A stretch of DNA of 64,000 bases from Candidatus Microgenomates bacterium (GTDB lineage Bacteria > Patescibacteriota > Microgenomatia > UBA8517 > JACQJR01), in assembly GCA_016204995.1 (NCBI GenBank), contig JACQJR010000002.1, positions 2,557 to 66,556 on the forward strand. The letters are read 5' to 3'. Shown here piece after piece: positions 49,140-60,077 of the stretch. Made by a program: the position numbers and the translations under genes. The notes beneath the pieces are model-generated. The model saw only the letters and a list, made by a program, of their open reading frames with translations, searched no databases and was not told the DNA's origin. The number at the start of each line of letters is the position of its first letter. The stretch's first letter is position 1.

Positions 49140-49766
49140 ATGGAAGATCCAGTAGAAATATCAAAAGAGAGGGAACCTGAACAGACCAAGATACACTTGA
49201 ACGAAAAATTCAATCCCTTTCAGATGGAGATAATTCCTTATAAGAAAGAATCACACTATATAGGCCATGGACTTCCAATAGATCTATATTACTGGGAGAG
49301 ACAGGAAGCTGAAAAAGTCTACCCATCAAAAGAAGTAAATTTTACTTTAAGTATTAATGGTTTGCCTGATTTACATTTAAAAGCAGCTGTAACGGTAAGA
49401 CCAGATATCGAAGATAAACCAGATAATCCACTTAATTTTTTTGTAGAAGGCAAAGCCAACAATTTACATGATAAAGAATTAGTGGAACGTGCTCATGAAA
49501 AAACAGCAATGCTGCATGTACCTGCTTTTTATAAATTTAAACCTGAAGTCTTACCTATAATGGAACGCTTACGTTGTAAGGCTACTTTTCCTGATGGCAC
49601 TACTAATGAATTACCATATAGTAAAAGTGGTTTATATAGTGAAGGTATATTGTCATTCAGTTTATTTTCTCTTTCCCTGGAAGAAGGAAAAGATGAAATT
49701 ATTAAGGGAATTCAATTAGAGTTTTCTATAGCTCCAGAAGAGCCATCTTCTACTCCAAATCAGTAA
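49140..49766 (+). CDS. Hypothetical protein (208 aa)
   Basis: ORF only. Confidence 0.3.
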   Translation: MEDPVEISKEREPEQTKIHLNEKFNPFQMEIIPYKKESHYIGHGLPIDLYYWERQEAEKVYPSKEVNFTLSINGLPDLHLKAAVTVRPDIEDKPDNPLNFFVEGKANNLHDKELVERAHEKTAMLHVPAFYKFKPEVLPIMERLRCKATFPDGTTNELPYSKSGLYSEGILSFSLFSLSLEEGKDEIIKGIQLEFSIAPEEPSSTPNQ

Positions 49767-49807
49767 CTGATTAGAAAAATTCATATTAAAGTAGTATCAT
49801 ACCTCTC

Positions 49808-50572
49808 ATGGCGACAGATTTATACGAAAACAAAGCTAGTTCTGCTATTAGCTTGGAAAATATCTATAAAAAATTTGGCACAGTCCAAGCTTTAAATGGA
49901 GTTAATTTAACTGTTGAAAGAGGAACAGTTTTGGCTCTGTTAGGTCCTAATGGCGCTGGCAAAACCACTTTAATCCGCATCTTAACCACCTTACTAGAGG
50001 CAAGTAGCGGTGTAGCAAGAGTTGCTGGCTACGATGTCAGCAGGGAAACTAATAAAGTCCGGCAAATTATCGGTTTAACCGGCCAATACGCGGCCATTGA
50101 TGAAAATTTAACTGGTTTGGAAAATTTGGAATTGGTAGGCCACCTCTATCATTTAAACAAAACAGAAATTAATCAAAAAGCTAAGGATTTATTACAAAAA
50201 TTTGATTTGATAGAAGCTGCTAACCGACTGGCTAAAACTTATTCCGGAGGCATGCGGCGTCGGTTGGATTTGGCAGCCAGTTTAATTGGCAAACCGCAGA
50301 TTTTATTTTTGGACGAACCGACTACTGGCCTAGACCCGAAAGCCAGGCGGGAAATGTGGCAAACAATTAAAAATTTAGTGCAAGAGGGGATTACCATTCT
50401 TTTAACCACTCAATATATGGAAGAGGCCGAATATTTGGCAGATCATATCGCCATTATTAACCATGGCCAAATTATTGAACAAGGCACCTCTCGCGAGCTG
50501 AAGGCCAAACTAGGGTATTCTACACTAGACGAAGTCTTTTTAACTTTAACCGAACATGAACGCCCTTTCTGA
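49808..50572 (+). CDS. ABC transporter ATP-binding protein (DrrA/ABC-2 type)
   Basis: Walker A GPNGAGKTT, signature YSGGMRRRL, Walker B ILFLDEPT. Confidence 0.8.
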   Translation: MATDLYENKASSAISLENIYKKFGTVQALNGVNLTVERGTVLALLGPNGAGKTTLIRILTTLLEASSGVARVAGYDVSRETNKVRQIIGLTGQYAAIDENLTGLENLELVGHLYHLNKTEINQKAKDLLQKFDLIEAANRLAKTYSGGMRRRLDLAASLIGKPQILFLDEPTTGLDPKARREMWQTIKNLVQEGITILLTTQYMEEAEYLADHIAIINHGQIIEQGTSRELKAKLGYSTLDEVFLTLTEHERPF

Positions 50573-51311
50573 TATTTTAGTTTTAACGGAACGGAATTTG
50601 TTGCGCTACGCCCGAATTCCGCAGCTGTTGATTTTTTCCACCATCCAGCCGATTATGTTTGTGTTATTGTTTGCTTATGTTTTTGGGGGGGCCATCCGTA
50701 CTCCTGGCGGCAGTTATATTAATTATTTAATTCCCGGCATTATTGTCCAAAGCGTTATCTTTGGATCTATTCAAACGGGTATTGGTTTAGCTGATGATTT
50801 ATCACACGGTTTAATTGACCGTTTTCGCTCTTTGCCCATTACTCGCGTTGCAGTTTTAGCCGCCAGAACCTTAGCCGACACTTTCCGTAATATTTTTGTA
50901 GTGCTTTTGATGACTGGTGTAGGTATGATAATTGGTTTTCAACCCGAAGGAAGTATCTTAAATCTTTTGCTGGCTTTTATTCTCACTATTTTGTTTGGTT
51001 TTGCCTTTTCCTGGATTTCCGCTACCATCGGCTTGGTAATCCGCGAGGTGGAAACCGTCCAAGTAGCCGGATTTATCTGGATGTTCCCCCTGGTTTTTGC
51101 CAGTTCCATTTTCGTACCGATTGAGACCATGCCTGAATGGCTCGCGGCATTTGCCAAAGTCAACCCGATTACCGTGACGGTCAATGCTGTGAGAGCGCTG
51201 GTTTTGGGTGGCAAGGTGGAAAATAATATCAGCTACTCCCTGATTTGGACAGTAGTTATTTTGGCTATCTTTATTCCTCTGGCTGTTATCATCTATCGCC
51301 GCCGGACTTAA
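50556..51311 (+). CDS. ABC-2 type transporter permease
   Basis: Six predicted TM helices; overlaps the ATPase gene by 17 nt. Confidence 0.7.
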   Translation: MNALSDILVLTERNLLRYARIPQLLIFSTIQPIMFVLLFAYVFGGAIRTPGGSYINYLIPGIIVQSVIFGSIQTGIGLADDLSHGLIDRFRSLPITRVAVLAARTLADTFRNIFVVLLMTGVGMIIGFQPEGSILNLLLAFILTILFGFAFSWISATIGLVIREVETVQVAGFIWMFPLVFASSIFVPIETMPEWLAAFAKVNPITVTVNAVRALVLGGKVENNISYSLIWTVVILAIFIPLAVIIYRRRT

Positions 51312-51361
51312 AACCACTTTCCTCTTTACAGCCTCAATCGTTATCTTGTATAATTTTTATA

Positions 51362-53371
51362 ATGCTGGAATTCTTTTCGCAGTATACTTTTCCGATTGTG
51401 TTGGGATCGGCCGGGCTGGCTGTTCTTTACGCCCTTTATTTAATTTCCCAAATTGTGAGAGAGCCTCGCGGCAATGAAACGATGATCAAAATTGCTGATG
51501 CTATTTACGAAGGCGCCAATGCTTATCTGAAAAGACAATATAGCGTCGTAGCAGGTATTGCGGCCTTGCTGGCGGTCATTATTACCGTTGTCCTTGGTTT
51601 ACATGTCGCGGTAGGTTTTTTATTAGGCGCGACTTTATCGGCTGCCGCCGGTATTATCGGCATGCATGTTTCAGTTAGAGCTAACGTCCGGGTGGCCCAA
51701 GCAGCTCAAAAGGGGATGGCCGCCGCTCTTAATCTCTCTTTTAAGGGTGGAGCAGTTACCGGTTTATTAGTAGCAGGATTAGCACTACTGGCTGTGACTG
51801 TGACTTTCGTCTTTGCCACCAATGTCCTTGGTTTACCCCAATCTCAAGTGATGACCACTTTAGTTGGATTAGGTTTTGGCGGTTCTTTAATTTCTGTTTT
51901 CGCCCGACTGGGCGGGGGAATTTTTACCAAAGCGGCTGATGTCGGCACTGACATGGTCGGCAAAATTGAAAAGGGAATTCCGGAAGATGATATCCGAAAT
52001 CCTGGAGTAATTGCTGATCAAGTGGGCGATAACGTCGGAGACTGCGCCGGTATGGCGGCTGATTTATTTGAAACTTATGTGGTGACGGCTGTTGCCACTA
52101 TGCTACTTGGCGTACTGGGAGGTCGGGGAGAAACGGTGATTACTTTTCCCTTACTGGTTGGTGCAGTAGCACTCCTAGCCACTATTATCGGTACTTTATT
52201 TGTCAAACTACCTAAATCCGGCAGTATCATGGCCGCTTTGTACCAGGGCTTAATTGCGACTGTTATTCTAACTGCCATTTTACTTTTTCCCATCACCAAA
52301 GCCTATTTTGGCCTCGGCATGTTCGTGGCTATTATCGTCGGCTTTGCCCTCTCTTTAATCATGGTAGCTATCACTGAATATTTCACCTCTAAAAAATTTA
52401 GCCAGGTTAGAAATCTGGCCCAGAGCGGCGAAACCGGCCATGCCACTAACATGATTGCCGGTCTGGCTTTGTCTTTACGTTCCACTTTTATGCCCATTTT
52501 AGCTATCGGCCTTGGTACCTTAATTGCTTATCAAGCCGGCGGACTTTATGGAATTGCTGTCGCCGCCGCCGCCATGTTGTCATTAACCGGTATGGTGGTC
52601 GCAATTGACGCCTTTGGCCCGATTACTGATAACGCCGGCGGTATTGCTGAAATGGCAAATTTACCCGAAAAAACTCGTAAAGTCACGGATGCCTTGGACG
52701 CAGTCGGCAACACTACCAAAGCTGTTACTAAAGCTTATGCTATTGCCTCGGCTGGCCTAGCCGCTCTAGTTTTATTTGCCTCTTATACTCAAGAATTAGG
52801 CGCAGGATCGGCTTTGAGTTTTTCTCTGGCCAGTCCCACAGTTTTAGTAGGATTATTTATTGGTGGAGCTTTGCCATATTTATTTGCCAGTTTTGCTATG
52901 GAATCAGTCGGCAAAGCTGCTGGCGCTGTCGCTACCGAAATCCGCCGCCAGTTTAAAGAAGATAAAGGAATTATGAAAGGTACCAGTAAGCCTGACTACC
53001 ACCGAGCTGTTGATTTGGTAACACGGGCAGCTTTAAGGGAGATGATTACGCCAGCACTTTTACCCATCCTCGTACCGATAATTGTGGCCTTTACTCTAGG
53101 TGCTCAAGCTTTGGGCGGATTATTGTTAGGTACGATTGTCACCGGACTATTTATTGGTTTATCTATGACTACGGGGGGAGCAGCCTGGGATAATGCTAAA
53201 AAATATATTGAAGATGGACATTTTGGCGGCAAAGGCAGTTTTGCCCATCAAGCCGCTGTGACTGGCGATACTGTCGGCGATCCCTATAAAGATACTGCCG
53301 GTCCGGCCATTAACCCGATGATTAAAGTAGCCAACATCGTCGCCCTGCTTTTAGCCCCGCTTTTGGCCTAA
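51362..53371 (+). CDS. hppA: Membrane-bound proton/sodium-translocating pyrophosphatase
   Basis: [18 protein letters not shown] and [18 protein letters not shown] motifs; start taken at internal Met MLEFFSQ, which removes the overlap with the upstream permease. Confidence 0.85.
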   Translation: MLEFFSQYTFPIVLGSAGLAVLYALYLISQIVREPRGNETMIKIADAIYEGANAYLKRQYSVVAGIAALLAVIITVVLGLHVAVGFLLGATLSAAAGIIGMHVSVRANVRVAQAAQKGMAAALNLSFKGGAVTGLLVAGLALLAVTVTFVFATNVLGLPQSQVMTTLVGLGFGGSLISVFARLGGGIFTKAADVGTDMVGKIEKGIPEDDIRNPGVIADQVGDNVGDCAGMAADLFETYVVTAVATMLLGVLGGRGETVITFPLLVGAVALLATIIGTLFVKLPKSGSIMAALYQGLIATVILTAILLFPITKAYFGLGMFVAIIVGFALSLIMVAITEYFTSKKFSQVRNLAQSGETGHATNMIAGLALSLRSTFMPILAIGLGTLIAYQAGGLYGIAVAAAAMLSLTGMVVAIDAFGPITDNAGGIAEMANLPEKTRKVTDALDAVGNTTKAVTKAYAIASAGLAALVLFASYTQELGAGSALSFSLASPTVLVGLFIGGALPYLFASFAMESVGKAAGAVATEIRRQFKEDKGIMKGTSKPDYHRAVDLVTRAALREMITPALLPILVPIIVAFTLGAQALGGLLLGTIVTGLFIGLSMTTGGAAWDNAKKYIEDGHFGGKGSFAHQAAVTGDTVGDPYKDTAGPAINPMIKVANIVALLLAPLLA

Positions 53372-53382
53372 AACCCCTCTTT

Positions 53383-53753
53383 GTCATTGCGAGCGAAGCG
53401 AAGCAATCTCTACAATATAATGGATGGAGCAGAAACAATATTATACTTATATAGCTACCAACAAAGGTAATAATGTAATTTACACCGGTGTGACTAACAA
53501 TTTAATCCGCCGAATTTTTTGAACACAAAAATAAATTAGCTTCAGGTTTTACCTCCAAATATAACATCAATAAATTAGTTTATTATGAAGTTTTTAATGA
53601 TATTAATGAGGCTATAAAGAGAGAAAAGCAGATTAAAGGTGGATCAAGAGCTAAAAAATTAAAGTTAGTAGAGACAATAAATCCAGAATTTAAAGATCTA
53701 TATGAGGATATTGTTAGATGAGATTGCTTCGTCGCCACGCTCCTCGCAATGAC
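53383..53753. mobile_element. Miniature element: GIY-YIG nuclease gene bounded by imperfect terminal inverted repeats
   Basis: Left end GTCATTGCGAGCGAAGCGAAGCAATC (53383-53408); right end GATTGCTTCGTCGCCACGCTCCTCGCAATGAC (53721-53753), whose reverse complement is GTCATTGCGAG ... GAAGCAATC. Sits in the hppA-gyrA spacer. Confidence 0.5.
53424..53720 (+). pseudogene. Small GIY-YIG nuclease (UPF0213-like) with a +1 frameshift in a T6 run
   Basis: MEQKQYYTYIATNKGNNVIYTGVTNNLIRRIF, then a frame change, then EHKNKLASGFTSKYNINKLVYYEVFNDINEAIKREKQIKGGSRAKKLKL... The GIY..YIG, R and E-x-KQIK-W/GSRAKK motifs are intact; removing one T at 53515-53520 fuses the frames. Confidence 0.6.
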
Positions 53754-53824
53754 ATAGTATGGGTAAGTTTCCCCCAAACTTGTCCTTGATTGTTTAGCTT
53801 CATTTCAAGTATAATTAAATAATT

Positions 53825-56434
53825 ATGCCCGATCAAAATATTGGCAAAATTCAGCCGATAGAAATCACTAAAGAGCTTCAGAAATCTTACCTTGATTATG
53901 CCATGTCAGTGATCGTGGCCCGCGCACTTCCTGATGTTAAAGACGGCCTCAAACCGGTTCACCGCCGAATTTTATATGCCATGTACCGGATGGGTTTGCG
54001 GCCTGGTGGAGCTTTTACCAAATCGGCCAAAGTAGTCGGAGAAGTCTTGGGTAAATACCATCCCCACGGCGACATGCCGGTTTACGATGCACTAGTCCGT
54101 TTGGCTCAAGATTTTTCCATGCGCTATCCCTTGGTAGATGGGCAGGGAAATTTTGGTTCAGTGGACGGCGATCCGCCGGCGGCTATGCGTTACACCGAAG
54201 TTAGGTTGCCACAAATTGCCTTGGAAATGCTGGCTGATTTAGACAGCGATACCCTGGAATGGACGGAAAATTTTGACGCCACTCTCAAAGAACCGGTTTT
54301 TTTGCCGGCCAAATTACCAAATTTGCTCTTGATGGGCGCTGACGGCATTGCTGTGGGTATGGCCACTAAAATCCCACCGCATAATTTAAGAGAAATCGCC
54401 GCGGCCATTACCATTACTATTAATAAAGGAGCTATTACGCCTCTCGCCGACGGCCAGGAATCAGGCTCCGAATTTGCCATTAAAAAAATTGAGTTGGAAG
54501 TCAGTCAAGGCAAAACTACCACACCCATCACTGAAATGACAGTACCTCATTTTAGTTTTGATTCTGATGTCACTACTGAAGAATTAGTAGCTTTGATGCC
54601 TGGTCCGGATTTTCCCACTGGCGGGGCAATTTATGATGCAAAATCCTTAGTGGAAATCTACGCCACCGGCCGGGGTAAAATTATCGTCCGGGGAATTGCC
54701 AAAATTGAAGAAGGGGGTAAGGGCAAAACCAAAATCACCATCACCGAAATTCCTTATCAAGTTAATAAATCGCAACTGGTAGCTCGAATTGCCCAACTGG
54801 CCCGCGATAAAAAAATTGTTGGTATTTCCGATTTGCGCGATGAATCGGACAGAACCGGCATGTCCGTAGTGATTGAACTGAAAAAAGACGCTAAACCCAA
54901 AGCAGTTTTAAATAATCTTTACAAGCACACGGCTTTACAAAGCAGTTTTCCGGCCAACTTTGTGGCTTTGGTAGACGGCGTACCGCATACTTTAACCTTA
55001 AAACGGATTTTAACTCAATATATTGATCATAGACAACAAGTCGTCGTCCGGCGGACAGTTTTTGAACTGCGCGAGAGCCGCCGCCGGGCCCATATTTTAG
55101 ATGGTTTAAAAATTGCCCTGGACAATTTGGATGCTGTCATTGAAACCATCCGCCGGGCAGCCGATGCCGATGAAGCCAAAAGTAAGCTAATGAGTAAGTT
55201 TGGCTTGTCAGAACTACAAACTATTGCTATTTTAGATATGCAGTTACGTCGTTTGGCCAGACTTGAGCGAGAGAAAATTGAAGCCGAATGGAAAGAGTTG
55301 CAAGCTAAAATTAAAGACCTGGAAGGAATTTTAACTACGCCGAAGCGAATTTTAGAAATTATCCAAACTGAACTGAAAGAATTAACAGCCAAATACGGCG
55401 ATGAACGCCGCACCAAAATTTATCAAACTAAACTAGGCGAATTTTCCCAGGAAGATTTAGTAGCAAAAGAAGAAACTTTAATCACTTTAACTTCTGGCGG
55501 CTATATTAAACGAGTGCCTTTGGCAACTTACAGGCAGCAGGCCCGCGGAGGCAAAGGAGTCTTAGGTATGTCAGATAAAAAAGAAGATGAGATCGTTCAT
55601 TTAACTAGCGCTTCTACTCATGACCAGCTTTTGGCTTTTACTGATCGCGGCCGGGTTTTTGCCACACCGGTTTGGGAAATTCCTGAAACCAGCCGTTTAG
55701 CCCGCGGCCAAGCTTTAGTTAATCTAATTAATATTGAACAAGGCGAAGAAATTCAAACGATTTTACCCATGACTAAAGAGGGCGGACATAAATTCTTACT
55801 GATGGCGACTCAAAAAGGAGTCATTAAGAAAACTGCCCTGACGCAATTTGCCAATATCAGAAGCCGCGGTATCACTGCTATCAAATTAGAAAAGGGTGAT
55901 AAATTGGTCTGGGTCAAACCTACCCTCGGTACTGATCATGTTTTATTGGTGACTCAAAAAGGTAAAGCTATTAAATTTCGGGAAGAAAATGTGCGATCCA
56001 CTGGCCGCGACACCATGGGAGTCCGAGGTATTAGGTTATCAACCGGCGATACATTGGTAGGCATGGAGGTAATTGCCAGCCAGGACAGCAGCCAAGTTGA
56101 CGGTAGAAAAAAACCATTTACCGACGTTTTGGTCGTTACTGAACACGGTATCGGCAAAAGAACGCCGATTAAATTGTTTACTGTTCAAGGCCGCGGCGGC
56201 GTCGGTATTAAACTCGCCAATATTAACAGCAAAACGGGTAGTATTGTCTCCGCTTTTTTTGTCACCGAAGACATTGACCAAATCGTCATCACCTCCCGCG
56301 GCAACCAAGTTATCAAAATGCCCCTGCGCAACGTGCCGGTTTTGGGCCGCAATACTCAAGGAGTCATTCTAATGCGATTTGCCGATAAAGGGGATACGGT
56401 AGCGGCCGTGGCCACTCTGGAAAAAGAAGTTTAA
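53825..56434 (+). CDS. gyrA: DNA gyrase subunit A
   Basis: [28 protein letters not shown], catalytic Tyr region ([10 protein letters not shown]) and C-terminal beta-pinwheel repeats. Confidence 0.9.
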   Translation: MPDQNIGKIQPIEITKELQKSYLDYAMSVIVARALPDVKDGLKPVHRRILYAMYRMGLRPGGAFTKSAKVVGEVLGKYHPHGDMPVYDALVRLAQDFSMRYPLVDGQGNFGSVDGDPPAAMRYTEVRLPQIALEMLADLDSDTLEWTENFDATLKEPVFLPAKLPNLLLMGADGIAVGMATKIPPHNLREIAAAITITINKGAITPLADGQESGSEFAIKKIELEVSQGKTTTPITEMTVPHFSFDSDVTTEELVALMPGPDFPTGGAIYDAKSLVEIYATGRGKIIVRGIAKIEEGGKGKTKITITEIPYQVNKSQLVARIAQLARDKKIVGISDLRDESDRTGMSVVIELKKDAKPKAVLNNLYKHTALQSSFPANFVALVDGVPHTLTLKRILTQYIDHRQQVVVRRTVFELRESRRRAHILDGLKIALDNLDAVIETIRRAADADEAKSKLMSKFGLSELQTIAILDMQLRRLARLEREKIEAEWKELQAKIKDLEGILTTPKRILEIIQTELKELTAKYGDERRTKIYQTKLGEFSQEDLVAKEETLITLTSGGYIKRVPLATYRQQARGGKGVLGMSDKKEDEIVHLTSASTHDQLLAFTDRGRVFATPVWEIPETSRLARGQALVNLINIEQGEEIQTILPMTKEGGHKFLLMATQKGVIKKTALTQFANIRSRGITAIKLEKGDKLVWVKPTLGTDHVLLVTQKGKAIKFREENVRSTGRDTMGVRGIRLSTGDTLVGMEVIASQDSSQVDGRKKPFTDVLVVTEHGIGKRTPIKLFTVQGRGGVGIKLANINSKTGSIVSAFFVTEDIDQIVITSRGNQVIKMPLRNVPVLGRNTQGVILMRFADKGDTVAAVATLEKEV

Positions 56435-56455
56435 GTAGACCTTGGCCTATGAAGG

Positions 56456-57082
56456 CTAAAAAATCTTCACTTTGGCTTTTTGCTTCAGCTCCTGAAACTT
56501 TGCTTGAATAATCTGCATTAGTTTTTGCTGTTTCACCGCTTCTTCTGCTTCTTTTTTCTGACCGGCCGAATCAGTAGCTGTTAATTGAGTCTTATTTTCT
56601 TTAATAAATTTATCAATTTCTTCCGCCGAGATTGAAGCTTCACTCTCATACATTTTTTTGACTGCCAGTTCAATTCTAATCTGTTCGGTAAAGCTGGCCC
56701 GATTTTGTCCTTGATAAGACAAAACCTGGGCAAAGGCTTCTTTGCCGCCGTATTGTTCTTCCAATTTATTAACCTGTTCATTAACCTCGGCTTGGGTGGG
56801 AATGGCATTGCGACTGGCCGCCTCGCCCAAAATAACTTTTTCGTTAATCAAATTTTCTAAACCGACAATGCGATAATCTTGATTGAGTCGCCCAAAGAGC
56901 TCAATGCTGGTGATCGGATAACCATTGACCGTCGCGGCAATAAACCAGCCGGGCCTAACAACGCCTAGCACGACCAGCACCGCTATCACTCCTACCACCC
57001 ACAACCATTTTTTGCTAAATTTTACGGGAAAACGAGAAGTTGTGCTCACCAATTCTTTTTCTCTCGGCATAATCCTAATCAT
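56456..57082 (-). CDS. Membrane-anchored SurA-N-terminal-domain-like chaperone (no PPIase domain)
   Basis: TM anchor plus a helical domain similar to PpiD/PrsA N-terminal regions. Confidence 0.35.
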   Translation of the reverse strand: MIRIMPREKELVSTTSRFPVKFSKKWLWVVGVIAVLVVLGVVRPGWFIAATVNGYPITSIELFGRLNQDYRIVGLENLINEKVILGEAASRNAIPTQAEVNEQVNKLEEQYGGKEAFAQVLSYQGQNRASFTEQIRIELAVKKMYESEASISAEEIDKFIKENKTQLTATDSAGQKKEAEEAVKQQKLMQIIQAKFQELKQKAKVKIF

Positions 57083-57135
57083 ATCAATCCAGCCTCAATA
57101 ACACAAGGGGGAATTATTAACGAAAGTAACCTTCC

Positions 57136-57172
57136 GACCTACGAGGTCGTACGCACGACACCTCGTAGGTGT
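57136..57172. repeat. REP-like hairpin (family 2) flanking RAYT-2
   Basis: GACCTACGAGGTCGtacgcacgaCACCTCGTAGGTG with an 11-bp perfect stem. Confidence 0.6.
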
Positions 57173-57176
57173 AAAT

Positions 57177-57779
57177 CTAACCATCAAAAGTTAGATGCTC
57201 TATAAATGGATCTTTCTGGAATTTTATATTTGCTTTAACAAACTCTCTATAATCATTCACTGGATCTTTTGACGGAAAATATTCTAGAATTACCTCTTTA
57301 TTAACCAATTCATCTTTTTTATTCAATAAATAAGCTGCCAGCGAAGACCATTGATAGTTTAGAAGTTTCTCAAAAACATCACCTCCTAGATAAAGAAGCT
57401 CAACTGGATTTAAATGAATGTATCTAGAAAGATGGATTAGGTATTCATCCTTTTCCACCCTTTTAGCTTTAAATCGCCCCTGGAATAGTGAACCAACCAA
57501 ATCATACTTAACATTTATATATCTGGAATGGCTATTACAAATATCTGACATGAATCTACTTATTGAGTTATCAATTATTTGCTTAACTAGAAAATGAATA
57601 TGGTTTGGCATTAAGCAGTAAGTTAAAATTTCTAGAGGGTATTTCTTCTTATATTCAACTACTTTTTCTAAAAACCTTTCGTAATCTCTATAGTGAAAGA
57701 AGATTGACTGCTTTCTATTTCCTCGGTTATAAATGTGGTAATAACCTCCCGTCTCAAAATACCTAGGAGAAGTAGCCAT
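57177..57779 (-). CDS. REP-associated tyrosine transposase (RAYT, IS200-like), second copy
   Basis: MATSPRYFETGGYYHIYNRG ... ILTYCLMPNHIHFLV (HUH) ... LSRYIHLNPV (Tyr). Start placed at the internal Met; the longer ORF would read through the REP hairpin. Confidence 0.7.
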   Translation of the reverse strand: MATSPRYFETGGYYHIYNRGNRKQSIFFHYRDYERFLEKVVEYKKKYPLEILTYCLMPNHIHFLVKQIIDNSISRFMSDICNSHSRYINVKYDLVGSLFQGRFKAKRVEKDEYLIHLSRYIHLNPVELLYLGGDVFEKLLNYQWSSLAAYLLNKKDELVNKEVILEYFPSKDPVNDYREFVKANIKFQKDPFIEHLTFDG

Positions 57780-57792
57780 TATCTTAAGTTTA

Positions 57793-57828
57793 GACCTACG
57801 AGGTGGCAAATTCAACACCTCGTAGGTC
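57793..57828. repeat. REP-like hairpin (family 2), second copy
   Basis: GACCTACGAGGTGgcaaattcaaCACCTCGTAGGTC with a 13-bp perfect stem, between RAYT-2 and xerC. Confidence 0.6.
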
Positions 57829-57837
57829 GGTGATATT

Positions 57838-58767
57838 TTATTTATTTCCTCTATGAAAGGCTTCGTGAACTTCACGCAGTTGTTTATTTGTCACATGGGT
57901 GTAAATTTGGGTGGTCGCAATATTTTTGTGTCCCAACATTTCTTGCACACTCCTTAAATCAGCCCCAGCCATCAGTAAATCTGTGGCAAAAGAATGACGC
58001 ATGACGTGAGGCGTAACTTCTACCGGTAATTTTATTTTATGGCTGTATTTTTTAATCATCCGTTGGATTGAGCGGGGAGTGAGGCGCATTTTTTCATCCT
58101 CGGCTACCACATCAGTTTTACCGGTCATGCTGATAAAAAGCGGTTTGTAATTATCTTCTCTAACAGCTAAATAATCACGGATATATTCGGCGGCCCGGCG
58201 GGAAACAAAAACCACCCGCGGCTTTCGGCCTTTACCGATAATGCCAAACTCCCGATGATCCAGATCAATTTTATCGCGATCTAAACTAACCAACTCTGAT
58301 ACCCGCAGGCCGGTAGAAAAAAGTAATTCTAAAATGGCTTTATCGCGCTTGCCGCGGGGTGTGGATAAAGTAGGAGCGGCCAGCATCCTTTCCACCTGTT
58401 CACCATTTAAAAAAGTAGGGGAGGATCCTTCGGCTTTGGGTAAATCCAGTTTTTCCGGCCCAATGACCTCATAATCATTTTTGCGCAAATATTTTAAAAA
58501 GGCCCGCAGAGCAATAATATGGTAACTTTGGGTCTTCAAAGAAAGGGTTGCGCCACCAATATCTAAGCGAGATAGGTAAACACGGTACTTACGGATAGTT
58601 TCGGCAGTAATAGCCGATAAACTGGGATTTTTAACTTCTTTACTTAACCAATTTTCAAATCTGCGCAGATAATGATTATAGTTGCGAATGGTCAAGGGAG
58701 AAACATTCTTTTCCACTTCCAGATATTCTAAAAATTGACTAATAAAACCAGCTAAACTCTCCAGCAT
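57838..58767 (-). CDS. xerC: Tyrosine site-specific recombinase XerC/XerD family
   Basis: N-terminal core-binding domain (FLEYLEVEKNVSPLTIRNY) and catalytic R..HxxR..Y region (HVMRHSFATDLL ... GHKNIATTQIYTHV). Confidence 0.8.
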   Translation of the reverse strand: MLESLAGFISQFLEYLEVEKNVSPLTIRNYNHYLRRFENWLSKEVKNPSLSAITAETIRKYRVYLSRLDIGGATLSLKTQSYHIIALRAFLKYLRKNDYEVIGPEKLDLPKAEGSSPTFLNGEQVERMLAAPTLSTPRGKRDKAILELLFSTGLRVSELVSLDRDKIDLDHREFGIIGKGRKPRVVFVSRRAAEYIRDYLAVREDNYKPLFISMTGKTDVVAEDEKMRLTPRSIQRMIKKYSHKIKLPVEVTPHVMRHSFATDLLMAGADLRSVQEMLGHKNIATTQIYTHVTNKQLREVHEAFHRGNK

Positions 58768-58824
58768 CCTAAAATTATTGTACGACTCTATTCAACTAGT
58801 TTCAAGATGTGATAAAATAAATTA

Positions 58825-59628
58825 ATGGAAGTTGGAGGAATTTTTGAAGGTATTGGTAATATTTTTAAGCGTAAAGAGCCTAAAGTATTAGCACCCAAAG
58901 AAAATCGTTGGAGCTATAATTATTTCCGCGAATATCTATTAGCCAGTCTCCGAGGCAAAGATTTTTTACTTCCACAAGATCAATATCCGGATAAAATAGA
59001 GTTAAGCCCTGACTGGTATATTACTCTCAATCAAATGCGTCAGGAGACCCAAGATGGGTTTGAAAGATGGGCATTAATTGGATTTAAGGAGGATAAAAGA
59101 ACTCTTTATTTACCTAGATTAACAGCCAAAGGGCTGTCAGATAAAGTTACACCCGATATCATGAATGCACAAATAAACAAGGCAAGATCACAGGTTGGTA
59201 TTGTAGACTTACTAGGACATATTCACTCTCACCCCAGAGGCCCATTTTTACAACCTGAAGATTCATCTACTTCGGCATTTTCTGCTCATGATTTGTATTT
59301 CTCGGTTGCCAAACCACAACCAATGTTCATGCTAGCCTTAGTAGAAGGTAATGAAAATCTATTTGTTTTTCGCGCCAAGGACAGTGAGGACCTAGACAGA
59401 AGTATATTTAATCAAGAATCTTTTTCAAATTACTGGCAAGAAAAAATGCTTTCAGCAAGAAACATAAATTGGGGCATGGCCGAACGTCATCGCCTGGTTC
59501 TTTATCGAAGCAAAGCCGGTCAAGATTTAGAAAAAGTCTTTCCACCGAGAACATCATTAGCTACTAACAATAAACAAGTCCAAGAAGGAAGAGTAGTAGG
59601 AATAAAAGTAATGAGTCCTAATAAATAA
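58825..59628 (+). CDS. Hypothetical protein with JAB/MPN-like HxHPxG motif
   Basis: GIVDLLGHIHSHPRGPFLQPEDS resembles the RadC/JAMM metal site (HNHPSG..PS..D); weak. Confidence 0.3.
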   Translation: MEVGGIFEGIGNIFKRKEPKVLAPKENRWSYNYFREYLLASLRGKDFLLPQDQYPDKIELSPDWYITLNQMRQETQDGFERWALIGFKEDKRTLYLPRLTAKGLSDKVTPDIMNAQINKARSQVGIVDLLGHIHSHPRGPFLQPEDSSTSAFSAHDLYFSVAKPQPMFMLALVEGNENLFVFRAKDSEDLDRSIFNQESFSNYWQEKMLSARNINWGMAERHRLVLYRSKAGQDLEKVFPPRTSLATNNKQVQEGRVVGIKVMSPNK

Positions 59629-60068
59629 TGGGAAATCAAAATTCACCTCGACAAATCAACATTCGTTTAAATCTACCTCAACTTAGGAATAAAGGAACAA
59701 TAATTCTCCTTACTTTACCTGTAATAATAATATCGTATTTTTTATTAGGGCTTAGCGGGTTAATAATCTTATCACCTTTAGTATTATTAATTGTCTCGAT
59801 CATGATTGGAGGTTATAAAGATTCTGGACACGGAGCAAACAGGACATTAAATTTTCTTAAAGTTGCTGTCCCAATTAGTTTAGTATTAGGTGTAATTTTA
59901 ACAAATCTTCTAGGTATAATATGTACTGCAGACGGAGGACCAAGATGTAAACCAGAACTTCATGTTTCTTTGATAGCAGGATTAATTTTATTGATAGTTT
60001 GGATAATATTTGTGTATATAGGGAAATTAATAAAGTATCTATTAAGGTCTATTAAACATTCTAATTAA
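59628..60068 (+). CDS. Small integral membrane protein (hypothetical)
   Basis: Three to four predicted TM helices; start overlaps the stop of the preceding gene. Confidence 0.3.
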   Translation: MGNQNSPRQINIRLNLPQLRNKGTIILLTLPVIIISYFLLGLSGLIILSPLVLLIVSIMIGGYKDSGHGANRTLNFLKVAVPISLVLGVILTNLLGIICTADGGPRCKPELHVSLIAGLILLIVWIIFVYIGKLIKYLLRSIKHSN

Positions 60069-60077
60069 TTGAATATT

